A DNA stretch of 64,000 nt, taken from positions 376,574 through 440,573 of the forward strand of contig CP078014.1 of NCBI GenBank assembly GCA_020544565.1, written 5' to 3'. The stretch is from Bradyrhizobiaceae bacterium (GTDB lineage Bacteria > Pseudomonadota > Alphaproteobacteria > Rhizobiales > Xanthobacteraceae). The position numbers and the translations under genes are program-made. Of the stretch, positions 58,586 through 64,000 are shown piece by piece. Position 1 is the stretch's first letter, and each line of letters begins with the position of its first letter. Below the pieces are notes generated by a model that worked only from the letters and a program-made list of their open reading frames with translations, had not been told where the DNA came from and ran no database searches.

Positions 58586-59764
58586 ATGAGCGACGCCATT
58601 CTGGTGCTGAATGCGGGCTCGTCGAGCCTGAAATTCACCGACTTCGTCGTCGTCGACGGCAAGCTCGAGATCAAGGCCGCCGGCAAGCTGGAGGAGCTGT
58701 ATGGCCGGGCGCGCTTTCAGGCGCGAGATGCCACGGGCGCGGTTGTCGGAAAGCGGGAGTGGCCCGAGGACGCGCCGCCGCGCCATGACGGGGCGCTCGC
58801 GTTCCTGTTCGACTGGCTGCGCGACTATTCGGGCGATGCGGTCGTCGCCGTCGGGCATCGCGTGGTGCACGGCGGAGAGAGCTATTCGACGCCGGTGATC
58901 CTCGATCCGGCCGTGGTGAAGACGCTTCACGCCCTTGATACGCTGGCGCCGCTGCATCAGCCGCACAATCTGCTGCCGGTCGACATCATCGCCGAGCAAC
59001 GCAAGGGGCTGCTGCAGATCGCCTGCTTCGATACGGCCTTTCATCAGACCGCGCCCAAGGTCTCGCAGGCGTTCGCGCTGCCGCCGGCCATCACCGAGCG
59101 CGGCGTGCGGCGCTACGGGTTTCATGGCTTGTCCTATGAATACATCGCGTCCGTGCTGGGCGACTATGATGCGCGGGCCGCCGCGGGCCGGACGATCGTC
59201 CTGCATCTCGGCAACGGCGCCACCATGTGCGCCATGCTCGACAGCAAGAGCGTGGCGTCGACTGCGGGTTTCACGGCGCTCGACGGGCTGCCGATGGGCA
59301 CGCGCTCCGGAACGCTCGATCCGGGGGTCGTGCTCTATCTCGTGCAGGAACTGGGGATGACCGGCAAGGAGATCGAGACGCTCCTGTATAAGGAGTCTGG
59401 TCTTCTCGGCGTCTCCGGCGTGTCCAGCGACATGCGCGCGCTTCTTGAAAGCGACAGTCCGCGGGCGAAGTTCGCGGTCGAGCTTTTTGTCTACCGCATC
59501 GTTCGCGAGGTCGGGTCGCTGGCCGCGGCGCTGGGCGGTCTTGACGCCCTTGTGTTCACGGCGGGCATCGGTGAACACGCCGCCGCAATCCGGGCGGCCG
59601 TCGCGCCGCACCTCGCCTGGCTCGGGCTTGAGCTCGATCCGGCCGCGAACGACAGGAACGGTCCCCGCATCAGCCGTGCGGACAGCCGCGTGGCGGCGTG
59701 GGTCATTCCGACCAACGAAGAACTGATGATCGCGAAACACTGCCTGACGATGATGGGTCGATAG
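58586..59764 (+). CDS. ackA: Acetate/propionate kinase
   Basis: LNAGSSSLKF; GHRVVHGG; APLHQP; FDTAFH; RRYGFHGLSY; FTAGIGE; PTNEE. Confidence 0.95.
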   Translation: MSDAILVLNAGSSSLKFTDFVVVDGKLEIKAAGKLEELYGRARFQARDATGAVVGKREWPEDAPPRHDGALAFLFDWLRDYSGDAVVAVGHRVVHGGESYSTPVILDPAVVKTLHALDTLAPLHQPHNLLPVDIIAEQRKGLLQIACFDTAFHQTAPKVSQAFALPPAITERGVRRYGFHGLSYEYIASVLGDYDARAAAGRTIVLHLGNGATMCAMLDSKSVASTAGFTALDGLPMGTRSGTLDPGVVLYLVQELGMTGKEIETLLYKESGLLGVSGVSSDMRALLESDSPRAKFAVELFVYRIVREVGSLAAALGGLDALVFTAGIGEHAAAIRAAVAPHLAWLGLELDPAANDRNGPRISRADSRVAAWVIPTNEELMIAKHCLTMMGR

Positions 59765-59787
59765 TACCACCCTCGCGCGAGTGGTAC
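59764..59787. terminator. Hairpin between convergent ackA and nnrS
   Basis: gtaccac-cctcgcgcga-gtggtac. Confidence 0.45.
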
Positions 59788-59815
59788 GGCTCTGCCCAAC
59801 CTCAGGCGCGGCCGC

Positions 59816-61030
59816 TCAGCCGCAGTGATCGGTTTCCCGGAGCGGGTGCTTGAGCAGCGGCAGAAAGCCCGCAAGCCACAGCGCGAAGGCGGCCGACCAC
59901 AGCGCGGCGCTGACAGCGTAGTGCGATCCGAGGAGCATCGGGGCCACGCCCAATTCCGGCAAGACCCGCACCGCGCCGGCGGCGGTCATCAGAACAAGCG
60001 CGCCATGCGCCTGCCATGGCAAGTCCAGCGACCGGCCGGTGTGGCGCAATCCGGCGATGATGAACACGCTCAAAACGGCGAGGCCGAGGCTCGCGACCGA
60101 CAGGATGTGCAGGCCCGTGGTCGGGGAGAGCGGAGCACCGAGCCCGGCCAGCCCGATCACCGTGAAGCCCGCGCCGGCGAAGAGGTTGGCGCCGGCCAGA
60201 GCGAGGACATGGGCGCGAAACACCGCGACGCCGATGAACCATTCGGCCAGACGGTCGAAGAACGCGGCGGCGGCCGCCAGCGCCAGATAGGCGGGCACGG
60301 TCGAGCCGGGTGCCAGCAGGGCGACGATTGCATAGAGCGCGACCAGCCCGGCCGTGAGATTCTGTCGTCCCGGATGGGGGCGGTAGGGCGTGGTGTCGCC
60401 GCTCGGATCGAGCGCGAGGTTGATCACCGCGACGTTGATGCGGGCGATGGCGAGTGAGAAGAACACCAGAAAGATCATCAGCGAGGTCTGCAGCAGACGG
60501 CCGGCGAGGTCGGTGAGGCCGGTCAGCCATGCGACGCGAATGCCGAGCTCCATCAGCCAGAACAGCGCCACCCACACCGCAAACGAGCCATGCCGCGTGC
60601 TGCCGCGCTCGATCAGGGCCTTGAGCACATACCAGAACAGCACGCCGTAGAACGCGAGGTCGGTCGCCGCCGCAACGACGATGAGCGCGTCTATTCCGAG
60701 AAACCCGATGATGCGGCCGGGCAACCACAAGCCGAGAAGAAGCAGCAGCGCTCGTCCCTGACGCGGGCGCGTGTCGGTCCATTCGGGCACGGCCGAGGCC
60801 AGGAAGCCGGCCAGCGCCGCGCCATAGGTGCCGAAGATCATCTCGTGAGCGTGCCACTGGCTCACCGGCACATCGCGGGCAAACGGCAGCGAGAACGACA
60901 GCAGCGTGACCCAGACCAGCGGCAGCAGCACGGCGTGACACGCCGCCACCGGAAAGAACAGCCGCAGCGCCTCGACCAGCCAGGGGCTGACGGGAACGGA
61001 CGTTTCGGCAGGACGGCAGCTCTCGGTCAC
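59816..61030 (-). CDS. nnrS: NnrS family membrane protein
   Basis: EALRLFFP; WHAHEMIFG...GFLASAVPEWT; GLRHTGR; about 12 TM; GTG start overlaps ATPase-subunit stop. Confidence 0.85.
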   Translation of the reverse strand: MTESCRPAETSVPVSPWLVEALRLFFPVAACHAVLLPLVWVTLLSFSLPFARDVPVSQWHAHEMIFGTYGAALAGFLASAVPEWTDTRPRQGRALLLLLGLWLPGRIIGFLGIDALIVVAAATDLAFYGVLFWYVLKALIERGSTRHGSFAVWVALFWLMELGIRVAWLTGLTDLAGRLLQTSLMIFLVFFSLAIARINVAVINLALDPSGDTTPYRPHPGRQNLTAGLVALYAIVALLAPGSTVPAYLALAAAAAFFDRLAEWFIGVAVFRAHVLALAGANLFAGAGFTVIGLAGLGAPLSPTTGLHILSVASLGLAVLSVFIIAGLRHTGRSLDLPWQAHGALVLMTAAGAVRVLPELGVAPMLLGSHYAVSAALWSAAFALWLAGFLPLLKHPLRETDHCG

Positions 61031-61770
61031 GGCGCACGCTCCCGTCTGCCATCGAACAATTCGCGGAATTTTTCCTCGCGCGACCAGCTTTCGACAAAGG
61101 CGAACACGTCGCGGTTGTCGCGCTCGCCCGGCTTGCCGTCGAGCAGCCGGTTCTCGATGACGCCGCCGGCGTCGCCGGAGAGAACGACGATGCGGTCGGC
61201 GATCCGCACTGCTTCCGACAGATCGTGGGTGACGAACAATGCGGAGAAGCGGTCGCGGGCGGCGGCCTCGATCACAAGATTCTGGAGCGAGCGCTTGAGG
61301 CCGACATCGACGGCGGTGAACGGCTCGTCGAAGAACACGACATCGGGCTCCACCGCGAGCGCGCGCGCCACCGCCGTCCGCTGGCGCATGCCGCCAGACA
61401 GTTCCGCGGGATATTTGTCGAGATCGCGGCCTTCCAGGCCGACCTCGCTGCCGCGCCGTTCCGCGATCTCCTCGCGCTGGCTGGCCTTCATGCCGGAGGC
61501 GCGCAGGCCATAGGCGATATTGTCGCGCGTCGTCATCCACGGCAGCAGCCGCGGCTCCTGAAAGACGACGGCGTGGCGCCGGTAGTTGCGACGCACCCGG
61601 CCTTGCAGCGGATCGATCAGGCCGGCGGCGATCTGCAGCACCGTGGTCTTGCCGCAGCCCGAGGGGCCGACCAGCGCGACAACCTCGCCGGCCTCGAGCG
61701 AGAGGTCGATCTTCTCGAACACGGGCCGTCCGAGAAACGCGTGGCCGATGCCTTCGAGGACAAGCTTCAT
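61027..61770 (-). CDS. ABC transporter ATP-binding protein (NitT/TauT type)
   Basis: GPSGCGKTT; VFQEPRLLPW; LSGGMRQR; DEPF; VTHD. Confidence 0.93.
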   Translation of the reverse strand: MKLVLEGIGHAFLGRPVFEKIDLSLEAGEVVALVGPSGCGKTTVLQIAAGLIDPLQGRVRRNYRRHAVVFQEPRLLPWMTTRDNIAYGLRASGMKASQREEIAERRGSEVGLEGRDLDKYPAELSGGMRQRTAVARALAVEPDVVFFDEPFTAVDVGLKRSLQNLVIEAAARDRFSALFVTHDLSEAVRIADRIVVLSGDAGGVIENRLLDGKPGERDNRDVFAFVESWSREEKFRELFDGRRERAP

Positions 61771-62579
61771 CGCTTGACCCCCCAGGGCAGGCCGGCCTCG
61801 CGCCAGCGTTCGAGCCGGTCGCGGATCGGATGCAGGATCCCGTATTCGGTGATCAGCGCGAAGGCGACGACGGCCACGATCAGGGCCATCACGCGCGGGA
61901 TGTCGAACAGCGTCCGCGCGGTCGCGAGTTCGCCGCCGATGCCGCCGGTGTTGGACAGAAGCTCGGCCATCACCGTCACTTTCCATGCCGTGCCCGCCGT
62001 CGTGGTCCAGGCCGGAAACAGATAGGAGATCAGGTGCGGCGCGGTCACCGTGCGAAACCGCAACCAGATGCCGGCGCCGAACGCGCGGGCCATGGTGTCG
62101 AGCCCGCGGTCGCGCGTGGCGACGCCTTCCAGTCCGCCGGCAAAGGAGATCGGCAGCGCCGCCACGATGACGGTCATGATCGCCGACCCGCCGGTCGATC
62201 CGAACCAGATCAGCGCCAGCACGATCCAAGCGATCGGCGGCACGCCGAGGATGACGGTGACGATCGGGCGCATCAGCCGCATGGCGGCGAACGAATAGCC
62301 GGCGATGGCGCCCGTGGTCGTGCCGATCCCCACGGCCAGAAGGAATCCGATCAGCGACCGCTCGGCGGTTTCCCACGCGGCCGTGGCGAAGGCCGGCTCC
62401 TGCGCGATGGCTATGAGCGCGCGCAGCGTTTCCAGCGGCGACGGCAGGATGAAGGAGCCATAGAATTCATGGCCGGCCTGCCACGCCGCCGCGAAGCAGA
62501 ACAGGCCGGCGGCACCGGCCCATGCCGACCACACATAGCGGCCGGCCCAGCCTGCGAAAGCGAGACTGCGGGTGAGCAT
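61767..62579 (-). CDS. ABC transporter permease (NitT/TauT type)
   Basis: ILPSP; LGVPPIAW; MARAFGA; WKVTVMAELL..TGGIG. Confidence 0.9.
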   Translation of the reverse strand: MLTRSLAFAGWAGRYVWSAWAGAAGLFCFAAAWQAGHEFYGSFILPSPLETLRALIAIAQEPAFATAAWETAERSLIGFLLAVGIGTTTGAIAGYSFAAMRLMRPIVTVILGVPPIAWIVLALIWFGSTGGSAIMTVIVAALPISFAGGLEGVATRDRGLDTMARAFGAGIWLRFRTVTAPHLISYLFPAWTTTAGTAWKVTVMAELLSNTGGIGGELATARTLFDIPRVMALIVAVVAFALITEYGILHPIRDRLERWREAGLPWGVKR

Positions 62580-62581
62580 CC

Positions 62582-63553
62582 TTACAACGCGTAAAAGGCG
62601 TCATCAGGCAGCTTGCCCCCGATGATGCGCGGATCGTCCTCGGCAAGCATGGAGAAGAAGCGCTCCAGATCCGGACGAATGGAGGACGCCGCCAGCGCGG
62701 CGAGATTGCTGTAGGGGATCGCCTCCGCCACCACCGGGCTCAGCAATCCCAATTCCGTCGCCGAGACGACAGAGGCGCGATAGGGGTGCTCCACGACGTA
62801 GTCCACGGCCGATTCCAACGCCTTCTGAAACGCCGCCAGTCCGGCGGGACCGAGCCTGTCGGCGAACGGCCGGGCAACGACAAGACCGGCCTGCGGGATG
62901 AAACCGCTGCCGCCGATAATTCTCGCCCATTCTTTCTGAAAATCAATGGCGCGCACAAGGCCGCTCATGCTCAATTTGCCGCGCAGGATCGCCGCCGTTG
63001 CGCCGGGCTCCGACAGCAGTGCGGCCTCGACGCGGCCGGCGAGCAGCATCTGCATCGCCTCGGGCGGCGTGCCGGAATATTCGAACCGGACGTCCTGACC
63101 GACCTTCATGCCGGCCTTGGCGACAAGACGGCGCATCAGCAGGTCGGGCATATCGTTGCGGAACGGCACCGCGATCGTCTTGCCGGCGAAATCCGTGATG
63201 CGGGTGTATTTGTCGCTGCCGACGATATAGAGCAGCCCGCGCGTCATGATGTTGAGGAGCTGGATGGCGAGGCCACGGTTGTAGAGGTTGGCTGCGACAT
63301 TGCTGGGCACGATCACGGCCTGCATCGCGCCCGAACTGAGTCCGGCGCGCATCTCGTCCGGAGTGCGCCACGACCTGAAGGCGGCCGCGGCATCGACCTC
63401 CTTGAGCGCGCCGTTGGCAATTGCCTGCGCCAGCACGATCGAGGGCGCCGCCGGTGGCCCCCACAGCGTCAGCGGCCCCGCCGCCGCCCGCGCCAGATGC
63501 GGCGCAGCGAGAGCGATCGGCAAGGCAGCAACAAAACTGCGGCGGTTCAGCAT
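62582..63553 (-). CDS. ABC substrate-binding protein (NMT1/SsuA-like), Tat signal
   Basis: MLNRRSF; WRTPDEMRA; GKTIAVPFRNDMPD; ALLSEP; AAGGAGG RBS. Confidence 0.85.
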   Translation of the reverse strand: MLNRRSFVAALPIALAAPHLARAAAGPLTLWGPPAAPSIVLAQAIANGALKEVDAAAAFRSWRTPDEMRAGLSSGAMQAVIVPSNVAANLYNRGLAIQLLNIMTRGLLYIVGSDKYTRITDFAGKTIAVPFRNDMPDLLMRRLVAKAGMKVGQDVRFEYSGTPPEAMQMLLAGRVEAALLSEPGATAAILRGKLSMSGLVRAIDFQKEWARIIGGSGFIPQAGLVVARPFADRLGPAGLAAFQKALESAVDYVVEHPYRASVVSATELGLLSPVVAEAIPYSNLAALAASSIRPDLERFFSMLAEDDPRIIGGKLPDDAFYAL

Positions 63554-63635
63554 GCGAACCTCCTTGTTATTGGGCCCGCGCCGTGTGGCGCACGCCGTTG
63601 GTCGTCCTCTTGGCGAGGCATCCTAGCATGTCCGC

Positions 63636-64000
63636 TCAGAACCGCGCTTTCACACCGCCGAAATAGCCGCGCCCGTCGCCGGGAAGGAAGGCGGCCTGGT
63701 CCGGTCGCGCCTGATCGACCACCAGTGTGGAGGCGGCATAGGTTTCGTTGAACAGGTTGGTGATCTCGCCGAAGACCGTGATGGTGTCCGTCACCCGGTA
63801 TTCGGTGCGCAGGTCGACCACCACATAGGGATCGGCATAAAGGGTATTTTTGTTGTCGACCGGGATCTTCTCCGGACTCCAGCGGACCGCGCCCTGGACT
63901 TTCCACTGATCGGTCGCCTGGTATTGAAGCATGGCGTTGAGGAGATGACGCGGCGCACCGGCAAGCCGGTTGTTGCCGTAGGTCGCATCCCCGTCGAAAC
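63636..64000 (-). CDS. TonB-dependent outer-membrane receptor, C-terminal part (partial)
   Basis: GNNRLAGAPRHLLN...NTLYADPYVVVDL...FGEITNLFNETY...PGDGRGYFGGVKARF, terminal Phe; frame open to window edge. Confidence 0.88.
   Translation of the reverse strand, partial: FDGDATYGNNRLAGAPRHLLNAMLQYQATDQWKVQGAVRWSPEKIPVDNKNTLYADPYVVVDLRTEYRVTDTITVFGEITNLFNETYAASTLVVDQARPDQAAFLPGDGRGYFGGVKARF

Overview
High-GC alphaproteobacterial chromosome; gene content and flagellin type suggest Nitrobacteraceae/Bradyrhizobiaceae (inference). 1-29 kb: polar/subpolar flagellar cluster (flgL 3' end, two flbT, two flagellins, flaF, flgJ/I, fliX, dksA, flgFGAH, fliLM, MotE-like and large TPR protein, fliOP, flgBC-fliE-fliQR-flhB, cckA) with readable CtrA boxes, sigma54 promoters and FlbD/ftr-like sites, and a class A beta-lactamase sitting inside it. 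29-47 kb: mixed region with a Tim44 protein, an AT-richer two-gene glycosyltransferase patch (including a Sur1/Och1-like GT32 fused to an Anp1/Mnn9-like GT62), class I fumarase, TetR/YciB locus, SET-domain protein with histone-H1-like tail, FrnE, MFS/AraC, GNAT-JmjC pair, two PilZ proteins and many palindromic REP/RIME-like repeats. 47-64 kb: a structurally atypical tRNA-Cys followed by an anaerobic-metabolism block: pyruvate/ketobutyrate formate-lyase (interrupted by one in-frame TAA), its activase, RidA, threonine dehydratase and an SLC13 permease, divergent from a P-type ATPase, phosphate acyltransferase and acetate kinase (together a tdc-like threonine-to-propionate pathway), then a convergent TonB receptor-ABC-NnrS operon running off the window end. 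No CRISPR, integrase or transposase was seen. All calls come from motif recognition by eye; no database searches were run.
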